Both the position numbers and the translations under genes were made by a program. Below, piece after piece: positions 8,303-17,347 of a stretch of 28,332 nucleotides of DNA. The notes under the pieces were generated by a model. It searched no databases. It saw only the letters and a list, made by a program, of their open reading frames with translations, and was not told where the DNA came from. The number at the start of each line of letters is the position of its first letter. Position 1 is the stretch's first letter. The DNA comes from Gemmatimonadota bacterium. GTDB taxonomy: Bacteria > Latescibacterota > UBA2968 > UBA8231. The DNA is taken from NCBI GenBank assembly GCA_038153405.1, contig JAYOYH010000022.1, positions 1-28,332 of the forward strand, in the 5' to 3' direction.

Positions 8303-9709
8303 CTAGCGCCAGATCCGCCCGATGGCCTCTATCTTATCGTCGCCCAAGTAGCCGTAGCGATTTATCCACACCCCGTCGGCCGCGCTGTCGGCCACTAGCT
8401 GAAGGCGCCGCGCAAAGTCGTCTAGCGGGCCGTAGCCGTGCACCAGCGGCGTGATGGCCATGCCGTCCCCGGCGGCGGCCTTCACCTGGGCGATCTTCCG
8501 CTTCTGCGGCGCGTCGGGCACCGGGTGCGGCTCGTGCGGCTCGGGATAGCCGTAGTCCGATAGGCGCTCTGCCCGAATATCGTCTCCCAAATCAAAGAGC
8601 TGGGCCAGCGCGCGCGTCACCAGCGCCTCGTCGAGGTCGCTGTTGTGCTGCATGAGCACCGAACCCCAAAACTCGACCATCGCCGACCAGTGCATGGTGT
8701 AGAGCTTGGGCGAGGCGGCACTGCAGTAGCGCGCCGCGCGTCCGAAATCAAAGCCCGTACAGAGCGTAAAGGGCGGCATAAAGGCATTGGCCGATAGCTT
8801 CTTGTCCTCGCCGCCGTAGGCCGTCAGCGCCGCGCGCCACTCGCGCAGCATGTCGACCGATAGGTCGGCTTTGAGGCGCAGCCACTCGGCGATGCCGGGG
8901 TGGGCGCGCAGGGCGTTGAGTAGGCTAAAGCGCCCGCGCTCGGGGCCAGCCCAATCCGCCAAGTGCTCGTTGCGCAGCCCGCCGTGTAAAAGCTTGTACA
9001 GATCGCCTACGTCGGCCCTTATGCGGGCAAAATCAACGCCGCGCTCTTCGGCCCAGCGCTCGACGTGGGGGCCAAAGTCCTGAAAGGCCTCGTCCAGCTT
9101 GTAGCAGGGATACTCCGGCCAGTCTGGGCGGAATCCGGTGATTTCCGGGTAGGCGTCCAACAGGTCGCGCACGTAGGCGCGCACGTAGCTGCGCACCGCT
9201 GGGCTGGCCAAGCTAGCGGTATTGGCCATGCGGTTTTTCGGCAGCGAGCCGTCGGGCAGGCGCGGCACGTCTTCTTCCATTAGGCCAGACGGCTGCGCTG
9301 CGCCCACCTGCAGATAGACCTCTAGGCCGGCCGCGCGCGCGGCGCGCACGAAGTCGCCGATGACGTGGCCGTGTTCAGCCGTTAAGTCGTTGGCCCGACG
9401 CGGGCTATAGGGCGTGTCGCGGTAGAATGATTCCGTGGGTTCGTAGCTGGCCCCGCTGCGCACCCACAGGGAGCGCTGGCCCCACAGCGGTCGGTCAAAA
9501 AGGCGCGGCGAACTGCCCGCATCGTCGGGCGGCTGGAACGAGCCCTCGCCCTCGGCGGCCGGTGCCGTCACCGTCGGGTTGCACGCAACGGCGGTGGCAC
9601 CGCACTGTTCCATATTGGCCAATATGCCGTCGACGCCTTCGTTGAGGATATAGTCGCCCAGCACGGTGATGCCCAAAAAGCGGCGCGCTGTCATCGTTTG
9701 CTCACCCAT
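8303..9709 (-). CDS. Uncharacterised protein, probable (beta/alpha)8 glycoside-hydrolase-like fold
   Basis: 468-aa ORF with host-like codon usage; alternating beta/alpha pattern, AGLEVYLQV, SLASPAVRSYVRAYVRDLLDAYPEITGFRPDWPEY, DGVWINRYGY; no signal peptide. Confidence 0.6.
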   Translation of the reverse strand: MGEQTMTARRFLGITVLGDYILNEGVDGILANMEQCGATAVACNPTVTAPAAEGEGSFQPPDDAGSSPRLFDRPLWGQRSLWVRSGASYEPTESFYRDTPYSPRRANDLTAEHGHVIGDFVRAARAAGLEVYLQVGAAQPSGLMEEDVPRLPDGSLPKNRMANTASLASPAVRSYVRAYVRDLLDAYPEITGFRPDWPEYPCYKLDEAFQDFGPHVERWAEERGVDFARIRADVGDLYKLLHGGLRNEHLADWAGPERGRFSLLNALRAHPGIAEWLRLKADLSVDMLREWRAALTAYGGEDKKLSANAFMPPFTLCTGFDFGRAARYCSAASPKLYTMHWSAMVEFWGSVLMQHNSDLDEALVTRALAQLFDLGDDIRAERLSDYGYPEPHEPHPVPDAPQKRKIAQVKAAAGDGMAITPLVHGYGPLDDFARRLQLVADSAADGVWINRYGYLGDDKIEAIGRIWR

Positions 9710-9849
9710 CCTTTCTGTCTAGTTCAATACGGACGTTCCGTATCAGTATACACATTGGGCGAAAGGCTTGCCCATTTAGGGATCTATACCCATTCTGTAG
9801 CGCATACTTTGTGTCCGTTCCATACAAACCACGTTGCAGAGAAACAATC

Positions 9850-11136
9850 GTGTGCTATCTCATACCCCTGCTCGCGCTGCTGCTTTCATTCACGGACTCA
9901 TCGGCCGACGAATCCGACCAAGAGCGCTTGGAATGGTTTCGCCAGGCCAAGCTCGGCATCTTTATTCACTGGGGCATCTACGCCGTTGATGGCATCGACG
10001 AGTCGTGGGCATTTTTTAACAAATACGTGTCCTACGAGGACTATATGCGCCAGCTCGAAGGCTTTACCGCCGAGCGCTACGATCCGCAGGCGTGGGCTCG
10101 GCTGGTAGCCAACAGCGGCGCGCGCTACGCGGTGCTGACCACCAAACACCACGACGGCGTGGCGCTGTGGCATACGAAATGGAGCGATCTCAACGTCGTT
10201 GAACAAACGCCCGCTGGACGCGACCTCGTAACACCCTTTGTCAAGGCACTGCGCAAGGAGAAGCTCAAGGTCGGGCTCTACTACTCGCACTTAGATTGGT
10301 CTCATCCCGACTACGACGTCTTTGTGCGCGGGGAGTACCGCTACCGCGACGATCCGGCCCGCTGGGAGCGCTTTCTGCGCTTTCACCGCGGTCAGCTCGA
10401 AGAGCTCGTCGCGCAGTTCAAACCCGATCTGCTGTGGTTTGACGGCGACTGGGAGCACAGCGCCGAGGAGTGGGGCGCCGCCAGCTTGCGCGACACGCTG
10501 CGAGCCTGGCACCCGCCCGTGCTGCTCAACTCGCGCATCAACGGCTACGGCGACTACGCCACGCCCGAGCACAACGCACCCATCGTCCCGCCGGAAGGGG
10601 CGTGGGAGCTATGCATGACCATGAACGATTCGTGGGGCTACCAAGACAACGACCACAATTACAAAACGCCCTACCAGCTCATCCGCATCTTTGCCGATGT
10701 CATCGGCGGCGGCGGCAACCTGCTGCTCGATATTGGTCCGCGCGCCGACGGCACCGTGCCATCCGAGCAGGTGGATATTTTGCGGGAAATGGGCCGCTGG
10801 ACGCACAAGCACGCCGAAGCCATTTACGGCACCGTAGCCGGCATTCCCGCTGGCCACTTCTACGGTCCGACCACGCTGTCGGCCGACCGCCAGACGCTCT
10901 ACCTATTTGTTCCGCATACGTCGGACCAACCCATTGTCGTGCGCGGCCTGAAGAATCACGTCAACCGCATACGCATCGTTGGCAATGGCACCAAAATAAA
11001 GGGACAGATTCTCGGCAAGCAGTACTGGAGCTCGGTGCCGGGCATTCTCTACATCGACGTGCCGCCCGGCGAAGCGGACGCGACCATGACCGTGATCGCC
11101 CTGCAGCTCAAGGGCGAAGTAGACCTGCATCGCTAA
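9850..11136 (+). CDS. Alpha-L-fucosidase, GH29, secreted
   Basis: WFRQAKLGIFIHWG, TTKHHDG, GLYYS..DW, LWFDG (nucleophile Asp), WELCMTMNDSWGY, GNLLLDIGP; signal peptide. Start uncertain (GTG 9850 preferred over 9811). Confidence 0.93.
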   Translation: MCYLIPLLALLLSFTDSSADESDQERLEWFRQAKLGIFIHWGIYAVDGIDESWAFFNKYVSYEDYMRQLEGFTAERYDPQAWARLVANSGARYAVLTTKHHDGVALWHTKWSDLNVVEQTPAGRDLVTPFVKALRKEKLKVGLYYSHLDWSHPDYDVFVRGEYRYRDDPARWERFLRFHRGQLEELVAQFKPDLLWFDGDWEHSAEEWGAASLRDTLRAWHPPVLLNSRINGYGDYATPEHNAPIVPPEGAWELCMTMNDSWGYQDNDHNYKTPYQLIRIFADVIGGGGNLLLDIGPRADGTVPSEQVDILREMGRWTHKHAEAIYGTVAGIPAGHFYGPTTLSADRQTLYLFVPHTSDQPIVVRGLKNHVNRIRIVGNGTKIKGQILGKQYWSSVPGILYIDVPPGEADATMTVIALQLKGEVDLHR

Positions 11137-11153
11137 TGGGAGAAACCGCACGG

Positions 11154-11801
11154 ATGACCACCCGCATACTCTTTGTCGGCAACAGCTTTACGGGGCGCAA
11201 CAATCTGCCCGACCTGTTGGCGCAGCTGGTGACAGCCGCCGGCAAAGGCCCGCTGGAATGGAAGCTGGTCAGCGCCGGCGGCGCCTCGCTGCGGCAGCAC
11301 GTAAACAAAGGTGAAGTCGCTGCACTGCTGCGCGACGAGCGCTGGGACACCGTCGTGCTGCAAGAGCAGAGCACGCTGCCGGCCAAAAGCCCTGCGCGCA
11401 TGGCCGATAGCGTGCGCGATATGAGCGCGCTCATTGGCGAGGCCGGCGCCCGCACGGTGCTCTACATGACCTGGGCGCGCGCCAACGCGCCCGAAACCCA
11501 GCAGGCCATCAACCAGGCCTATGCCGACTGCGGACAGCAGGTCGGTGCCACGGTAGTGCCGGCAGGTATGGCATGGCAGCGCTGCCTGGCGCAGGCACCG
11601 CACATCGTGCTGTACGACAAGGATGGCAGTCATCCCACGCTAGCCGGCAGCTACTTGGCCGCCTGCGCCTTCTACAAGGTGCTCTTTGCCGGACGCGCAA
11701 AGAAGATACCCACCTTGGATATGGCCGTGCCGGAGGATGAGCAGGTCGCATTGCACGAATGCGCACGACAGGCCGTCAGCGCGTTCGAGAAAGGCCGTTA
11801 A
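11154..11801 (+). CDS. SGNH/GDSL hydrolase family protein
   Basis: 3' part of ORF 10470..11801: ILFVGNSFT, VVLQEQS, YMTWAR, DGSHPT..GSYLAA. Alternative start ATG 11136 overlaps the GH29 stop. Confidence 0.85.
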   Translation: MTTRILFVGNSFTGRNNLPDLLAQLVTAAGKGPLEWKLVSAGGASLRQHVNKGEVAALLRDERWDTVVLQEQSTLPAKSPARMADSVRDMSALIGEAGARTVLYMTWARANAPETQQAINQAYADCGQQVGATVVPAGMAWQRCLAQAPHIVLYDKDGSHPTLAGSYLAACAFYKVLFAGRAKKIPTLDMAVPEDEQVALHECARQAVSAFEKGR

Positions 11802-11804
11802 CGC

Positions 11805-12344
11805 ATGCCCCTACTAGCAGCGTGCGCCGTCGTATTCGACGGCGAAGGACGCGTCCTGCTAACCCAGCGCGAGGATTACGAAGTGTGGTGCCTGCCCGGC
11901 GGTCACGTCGAAGACGGCGAGGCGCTGGCGGCCGCCGCCGCGCGTGAGGTGCGCGAAGAAACGGGTGTCCACGTCGATATCACCCATTTGGTCGGACTGT
12001 ACTCGCGACCCAACTGGCGCAGCGGCGTGCACGTGGCCTGCTTTGCCGGTCGCACCAGCGGTGGCCAGCTGCAGGGTCAGCCCGAAGAGGTCGTAGACCT
12101 GGGCTTCTTTGCACTCGACCAGCTGCCCGAAGACTTTTTTGCCGGCCACGAGCTGTTCGTGCGCGACGCGGTCGACGGCGTGCGCGGCACCGTCGCGTCG
12201 CTCGACAGCATTTGGCCCTTCGATCCAGACCTGTCGCGCGAAGGCGTTTACGCACTGCGCGACGCTTCCGGCCTATCGCGCCGCGATTTCTACGTGCGGC
12301 ACTTTGGCACCACCGGTTCCACCTCTATCCGGCGCAATGCCTAG
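11805..12344 (+). CDS. NUDIX hydrolase
   Basis: Nudix box GGHVEDGEALAAAAAREVREETGV. Confidence 0.92.
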   Translation: MPLLAACAVVFDGEGRVLLTQREDYEVWCLPGGHVEDGEALAAAAAREVREETGVHVDITHLVGLYSRPNWRSGVHVACFAGRTSGGQLQGQPEEVVDLGFFALDQLPEDFFAGHELFVRDAVDGVRGTVASLDSIWPFDPDLSREGVYALRDASGLSRRDFYVRHFGTTGSTSIRRNA

Positions 12345-12431
12345 GACAGGTGTCTTGATCGATCCAGTGGAAAGCGTATGTTCTGTGCTGTGCCATTTGC
12401 CACTCTGCCCAGCTATGGAGGATTTCCCAAC

Positions 12432-12884
12432 ATGAGCGAAGCCCTCATCCAGTACTACCCACTGTTAAAATCGCTGCACATCATATTCGTCATCCTGTGG
12501 ATGGGCGGCATGCTCTACCTGCCCTACATTTTCGTCCTGCACAGCCGCGCGGGTGCCGGCTCAGAAACGGCACTGTCCTTTGTCGAGGTCGAGCGCCGCC
12601 TGCTGCGCGCCGTTATGAATCCCTCCATGGCAGTGGCATTCCTCACGGGCATTCTGCTCATCATCGCCACGGGTGCCGGCGCGCCGGGCACGGGCTATTG
12701 GATGCACGTCAAGCTGCTGCTTTTACTCTTGCTGGCGGGGATGCACGGCATCATGGCCGCCAGCCGCAAGCGCTTAGAGCAGGGTGAGAGCCAAAAGGGC
12801 GAGGCGTTCTTTAACCGCTTGGCCTTCGGGTCACGCGCCTTCTTAGTGGTCATCGTACTGTTGGCGGTGTTGAAGCCATTCTGA
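12432..12884 (+). CDS. hemJ: HemJ-like (UPF0093/CopD family) membrane protein, possible protoporphyrinogen IX oxidase
   Basis: KSLHIIFVILWMGGMLYLP, ERRLLRAVMNP, WMHVKL and terminal VLKPF; four hydrophobic segments; GGAGG RBS before ATG 12432. Confidence 0.72.
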   Translation: MSEALIQYYPLLKSLHIIFVILWMGGMLYLPYIFVLHSRAGAGSETALSFVEVERRLLRAVMNPSMAVAFLTGILLIIATGAGAPGTGYWMHVKLLLLLLLAGMHGIMAASRKRLEQGESQKGEAFFNRLAFGSRAFLVVIVLLAVLKPF

Positions 12885-12926
12885 GAAGACCGATCCGTCG
12901 GCCCATAAAAACGAATCGCTCCGCGA

Positions 12927-12958
12927 GCCCACACCCCCCAAGGGATGTGGGCGTTTTT
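12927..12958 (+). terminator. Rho-independent terminator after the GH29-SGNH-NUDIX-hemJ run
   Basis: GCCCACA (12927-12933) pairs with TGTGGGC (12946-12952), followed by GTTTTT. Confidence 0.7.
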
Positions 12959-13005
12959 GTGCACTTGGCCTAGCACATACCCATCCTATACAACGCATCC
13001 CCCTC

Positions 13006-13034
13006 TTGATGCCCACCCGCGTTTTGCGTATACC
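13006..13034 (+). promoter_or_regulatory. Putative sigma70 promoter for the cyclase gene
   Basis: TTGATG-N17-TATACC about 45 nt upstream of ATG 13080; same -10 hexamer as the promoter at 417-445. Confidence 0.4.
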
Positions 13035-13079
13035 ATGCGCGTGCATATTCTCGCATCACCACTACAGGAGGTTATCCGG

Positions 13080-14063
13080 ATGCAACGCGTTACGTCGTCC
13101 CTTTTCTTGCTGTGCGCCCTACTCTCCACGTCGCTGCTGGCGCAGACCCGCCAACAGGGACCCTGGTGGCCTTCGCCCTGGGGTGCCGACGACCAAGCCG
13201 GCGCTTCAAATCGCATCACGGCCGATGTCATTCTCAACGCCGTGCAGCTCGTGCAAAAAGGCACCGTCTACGAGTTAGGTCACGTCTATGAGCGCGACAT
13301 GCCGCTCTTTGGCGATCGCACCTACTCCATGTTCATACCCAGCTCGCCCACCGGTGGCCCTTTTGGCGAAAACAATCTACTGATGTATCACGACGACTTT
13401 CTCTGTGCCGAGATCGGGCAAGTCGGCACGCAGTTTGATGGCCTAGGCCACATTGGCACGAAGATGCAGATGGCTGATGGCACGACGCAAGATATCTTCT
13501 ACAACGGCATACCCGTCGAGGAAATGCGCAATCCATATGGTCTGCTAAAACTCGGCATTGAGCACGTGAAGCCCTTTGTAACGCGCGGCATCATCATCGA
13601 TATCGCCGGCTATAAGGGCGTCGATCACCTCGACCACAGCTACGAAGTCACCGTAGCCGACATCCGCGGTGCCTTAGAGCGGCAGGGCATGGCCGAGAGC
13701 GGCATTTCCGAAGGGGACGCGCTCTTTTTCCGCTATGGCTGGTCCAAACTTTGGAACGACCACGACGAGTACAATACCAATCCGCCGGGCATTGGCATGG
13801 AGGCATCGGCGTGGATCATCGAGCAAAAGCCGTCGATGATCGGCTCCGACCAGTGGTGCAGCGAAGTGATTCCCAACCCCGACCCGCTGCTCACGTTCCC
13901 CGTGCACCAAGAGCTGATTACCAAAAACGGCATATTCAATTTGGAGAATATGGTCCTCGAAGACCCGGTCGCCGACGGCGTCTACGAACTGCTCTTCGTC
14001 TTTACGCCCACGCGCTTTAAGGGCGGCACCGGTTCGCCGGGGCGACCGATCGGCATTCGCTAA
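13080..14063 (+). CDS. Secreted cyclase-family (kynurenine formamidase/isatin hydrolase-like) metal-dependent hydrolase
   Basis: Signal peptide ending LLA-Q; WGADDQAGASN, GTQFDGLGH, TRGIIID, GDALFFRYGW, PVHQELI..GIFNLEN, GGTGSP; CAGGAGG RBS. Confidence 0.88.
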   Translation: MQRVTSSLFLLCALLSTSLLAQTRQQGPWWPSPWGADDQAGASNRITADVILNAVQLVQKGTVYELGHVYERDMPLFGDRTYSMFIPSSPTGGPFGENNLLMYHDDFLCAEIGQVGTQFDGLGHIGTKMQMADGTTQDIFYNGIPVEEMRNPYGLLKLGIEHVKPFVTRGIIIDIAGYKGVDHLDHSYEVTVADIRGALERQGMAESGISEGDALFFRYGWSKLWNDHDEYNTNPPGIGMEASAWIIEQKPSMIGSDQWCSEVIPNPDPLLTFPVHQELITKNGIFNLENMVLEDPVADGVYELLFVFTPTRFKGGTGSPGRPIGIR

Positions 14064-14111
14064 GCTCGAGCCCAATCAGCGACGTAGAATGGGCCGAATG
14101 GCCCCTCTCGG

Positions 14112-14142
14112 ACGGGCGAGTGGCATTTTGCCGTTCGCCCGT
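14112..14142. terminator. Stem-loop between the cyclase and aminotransferase genes
   Basis: ACGGGCGAGTGGCA-TTT-TGCCGTTCGCCCGT, a 14-bp stem including two G-U pairs. Confidence 0.45.
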
Positions 14143-14216
14143 TGCGTTGCCACTGGTGTAGGCGGGCTATCGCTCGTACTTTTGTCTGTCTTACTATAAC
14201 CCCCCCAAAGGACACC

Positions 14217-15284
14217 ATGGGCAAAGAACAGCTGTCCCCCGCGCTCTTCATCGGCGTGAAGGGCAACGACATTATCTCGTTTGGTTCGGGCCAACCCGAC
14301 CTGCCACCGCCGGACGCCGTTTACAAGATCCTACCGCACTACCGCGACTTCAAGTACGGTCTAATTCAGGGCACGGCCGAACTGCGCCAGGCGCTGGCGC
14401 GCCAGTATCCCAGTTCGACGGCTGATAGCTTTGTCGTGACCAACGGCGCATCCGAGGCGCTCGATTTGGTGCTGCGCGCCATTGCCATGCGCGGCGACAC
14501 AAAGAAAAAAAACGTGCTCATGGCGCGGCCCTACTACTATTCCTACCCGCATATGGTGCGCTTTGCCGGCCTCGAACCCATCTACACCGACTCCATTGAT
14601 GGCCGCATCGACTTTGATGATTTTGCCGAAAAAGTGCAGGACTGCAAGGCCGTTATTATCAACTCGCCTTCCAATCCCACGGGCCGCGTTGAAGCGATCG
14701 ATACATTGAAAAAAATCGAGGCCATCACCAGCGAGCTCGGCGTCTACGTGCTGTCCGACGAGGTCTATAAGGACCTGATGTACGTGCGCGAAAACTACCT
14801 GATCAAGGGGCCGCACGTCGTTACGATCAACTCCTTTTCCAAGACCTTCGCCATGTGCGGGTTCCGCGTCGGCTATCTGTGGTCGCTCGACCAGGACCTG
14901 GTGCGCGAGACAATTGATATCAAGACGCACACCTCTATGAACACCAACATCCTCGGCCAGGAAATGGCGCTGGCCGCTACCGGCGTGCCCACGTCGTTTA
15001 TCGACGAACAGCTCGAAATCTGGCAGCAGCGGCGCGACCTGATCTACCAGGGATTGCTCGATTTGGGCCTAGAGCTGTGGAAACCGGAAGGGGCATTCTA
15101 CGTCATGCCCAAAGTCGAAAATCCGGCCGATTTTGTCTGGGACCTCTACGAGCGCTATAAGGTAATCACCTACTTGGGCGAGTGGTTTGGTGCACCCGAT
15201 CGCGTGCGCCTTTCCTACGCGCTCGACGTGGAAAAGATCGAAGTCGGGCTCGACCGCATCGGCCAGTACCTCAAGTCGCGCTAA
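14217..15284 (+). CDS. PLP-dependent aminotransferase class I/II
   Basis: SFGSGQPD, VTNGASEAL, INSPSNPTG, SDEVY, SFSKTFAMCGFRVG (PLP lysine), VRLSYA; AAGGA RBS before ATG 14217. Confidence 0.92.
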   Translation: MGKEQLSPALFIGVKGNDIISFGSGQPDLPPPDAVYKILPHYRDFKYGLIQGTAELRQALARQYPSSTADSFVVTNGASEALDLVLRAIAMRGDTKKKNVLMARPYYYSYPHMVRFAGLEPIYTDSIDGRIDFDDFAEKVQDCKAVIINSPSNPTGRVEAIDTLKKIEAITSELGVYVLSDEVYKDLMYVRENYLIKGPHVVTINSFSKTFAMCGFRVGYLWSLDQDLVRETIDIKTHTSMNTNILGQEMALAATGVPTSFIDEQLEIWQQRRDLIYQGLLDLGLELWKPEGAFYVMPKVENPADFVWDLYERYKVITYLGEWFGAPDRVRLSYALDVEKIEVGLDRIGQYLKSR

Positions 15285-15295
15285 GGCACACCGCC

Positions 15296-16306
15296 GTGGA
15301 CGCTGCGCTCGGATGGGGGTTGATCGGCTGCGGCGGCATTGGCCGCGCGCAGGTGCGCTGGGCGGCGGAAAACCCCGGCGTGCAGCCGCGCGCCTTTTGC
15401 GACGTGCGCATAGAAGCGGCCCGCCAACTAGGCGAGGCGCACCCCGGTGCGCGCTGCACGAGCGATCCGACCGACCTCTTTGCCGATCCTGCGATCGATA
15501 TCGTCTCCATCGCCACCACGCACGATACCCACAAGGCGCTGGCGCTGGCTGCGCTGGCCGCTGGCAAGCACGTCTTTATCGAAAAGCCCATGGCCATGAG
15601 CAGCGCCGACTGCCTCGACATAGCCCGCGCGCATCGGGCCGCCGGCACGCAGCTCATGCTCGATTTTTCCATTCGCTTCTCGCGCGCCGCACAGGCCATT
15701 AAGGAGCGCATGGGGCCGCTCAAGGCCAGCCACGTGCAGTGCACGCAGGACCGGGCCGATCTGAGCACCTGGCGCTGGGATCCGGTCCTGGGCGGCGGTC
15801 CGCTCTACGATGTCGGCGTGCACGCCCTAGACCTGCTGTGCTGGCTGCACGACGACGTGCCAACCGAAGTCTACGCCACCGGCGGTCAGGTCACCCACCC
15901 CGGCCAGCTGGGCAGCGCGCAGATGATCGATACGGCGGCGGCCACCCTGCGCTTTGCCAGCGGCGCGGTGGCTACGTTCCTAATGACCGATGCCGGCCGC
16001 AACGAGCTGCTGTCCAAGTGGTTCTTTGAGTTTTTTGACGGCGAAGGAACCGCCGTGCTGCACGAGCACTTTAAAGCGGTTACCTTCACGCGGCCCGATG
16101 CCAGCGGCCAGCTACACAGCGAGACGCTGCGCCCCGGCGAAAGTGCGCGCTTCCAGCCGCTGGTCGACGCCATTCGTCGCGGAACACCCCTGCCCGCCGG
16201 ACCGCGCGAAGGCTACGTCGCCGCGCTGCTGGTCGAGGCGATCACCGCCTCCATTCACAGCCATCAGCCGCAGGCCATAGAGTTAGCTGACGAGATGCGC
16301 GCCTAG
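15296..16306 (+). CDS. Gfo/Idh/MocA family NAD(P)-dependent oxidoreductase
   Basis: GLIGCGGIG, AGKHVFIEKPMA, GGGPLYDVGVHALD; GTG start 12 nt after the upstream stop. Confidence 0.9.
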   Translation: MDAALGWGLIGCGGIGRAQVRWAAENPGVQPRAFCDVRIEAARQLGEAHPGARCTSDPTDLFADPAIDIVSIATTHDTHKALALAALAAGKHVFIEKPMAMSSADCLDIARAHRAAGTQLMLDFSIRFSRAAQAIKERMGPLKASHVQCTQDRADLSTWRWDPVLGGGPLYDVGVHALDLLCWLHDDVPTEVYATGGQVTHPGQLGSAQMIDTAAATLRFASGAVATFLMTDAGRNELLSKWFFEFFDGEGTAVLHEHFKAVTFTRPDASGQLHSETLRPGESARFQPLVDAIRRGTPLPAGPREGYVAALLVEAITASIHSHQPQAIELADEMRA

Positions 16307-17232
16307 TGCAGCGGCACGTGGCCAGCGGACGGCACCTGCTAGGCCTGGGCATGGCCCTGCTCACCGCGCTGATGTGGGGTGCGCTGCCGGTCATTCTCAA
16401 GGTGCTGCTCAACGACATCGATCCCTATACGTTGACCTGGTGCCGCTTTGTCGCCGCGCTGTGCATTATCGGCCCGCTGGCCGCGCGCCGTGGAGAGCTC
16501 CGGCCGCTGCTAAACTTGCGCGGAGCGGCGCGCATCCTGCTGATCGTCTGTGCGCTGTGCATGACGGGCAACTTCGCGTTCTACCTGGCCGGCCTGCGCG
16601 CCATACCGCCCGGAGCGGCGCAGATCGTCATGCAGCTCTCGCCGGTATTCGTGCTGTTGGGCGGCCTGATCGTTTTCCGCGAATCGTTTGCGCGCGTGCA
16701 GGCGCTGGGTTTTATCGGTCTGTTTGCCGGTATGGCGCTGTTTTTCAACCAGCGCTACGACGAGCTGTTTAGCGGAATGGACAGCCGCTATGCACAGGGC
16801 CTGCTCATTATCGCCTTTTCTTCGCTGCTCTGGTCGACCTTTAGCCTGACGCAAAAGCAGCTGCTCAGCTACGCGTCGGGGCGCGCCGTGCTGACGGTAT
16901 CCTACGGCACCGGCATCGCAGTGCTTCTGCCGTTTATCGATCTGAACGGCCTGTCCCATTTCTCCCCTTCGCACTATCTGCTCTTCGCCGTCTCGGTCGC
17001 CCTTACGCTGTGTTCGTATCTGTGCTTTGCCGAGGCCCTGCGCCACCTTGAAGCCTCGCGCACCGGCGTCATCGTAGCCCTCACGCCGCTGCTGACGGTG
17101 GCCATGGCCGCGCTGGCCGCCCTTTTTACCGACGCGGTAGAGACGGAACCGCTCAACGCGACCGCGCTGCTGGGCGCCCTACTGGTCGTGGCCGGCTCTA
17201 CGGCGACATCGCTGGGCAAGCGATCGCCGTAG
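16306..17232 (+). CDS. DMT/EamA family transporter
   Basis: About 10 hydrophobic helices in two EamA repeats; WGALP, LTWCRF, FAEALRHLEASR. Confidence 0.9.
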   Translation: MQRHVASGRHLLGLGMALLTALMWGALPVILKVLLNDIDPYTLTWCRFVAALCIIGPLAARRGELRPLLNLRGAARILLIVCALCMTGNFAFYLAGLRAIPPGAAQIVMQLSPVFVLLGGLIVFRESFARVQALGFIGLFAGMALFFNQRYDELFSGMDSRYAQGLLIIAFSSLLWSTFSLTQKQLLSYASGRAVLTVSYGTGIAVLLPFIDLNGLSHFSPSHYLLFAVSVALTLCSYLCFAEALRHLEASRTGVIVALTPLLTVAMAALAALFTDAVETEPLNATALLGALLVVAGSTATSLGKRSP

Positions 17233-17347
17233 CCTTTGGCCAGCGACCGTTTGCAATCGTCTTTCCCGCCATCCGTCCGTATCGTAGATTGCTCGGGCCA
17301 ATTTCTTTTTAGCCGCCATGTCCACTCACGCGCAGCAGAGGTGTCTC

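Noticed and set aside
10470..11135. N-terminal half of the 443-aa ORF 10470..11801
   Set aside because: An Arg/Pro-rich off-frame shadow inside GH29; only the SGNH part from 11136/11154 is credible.
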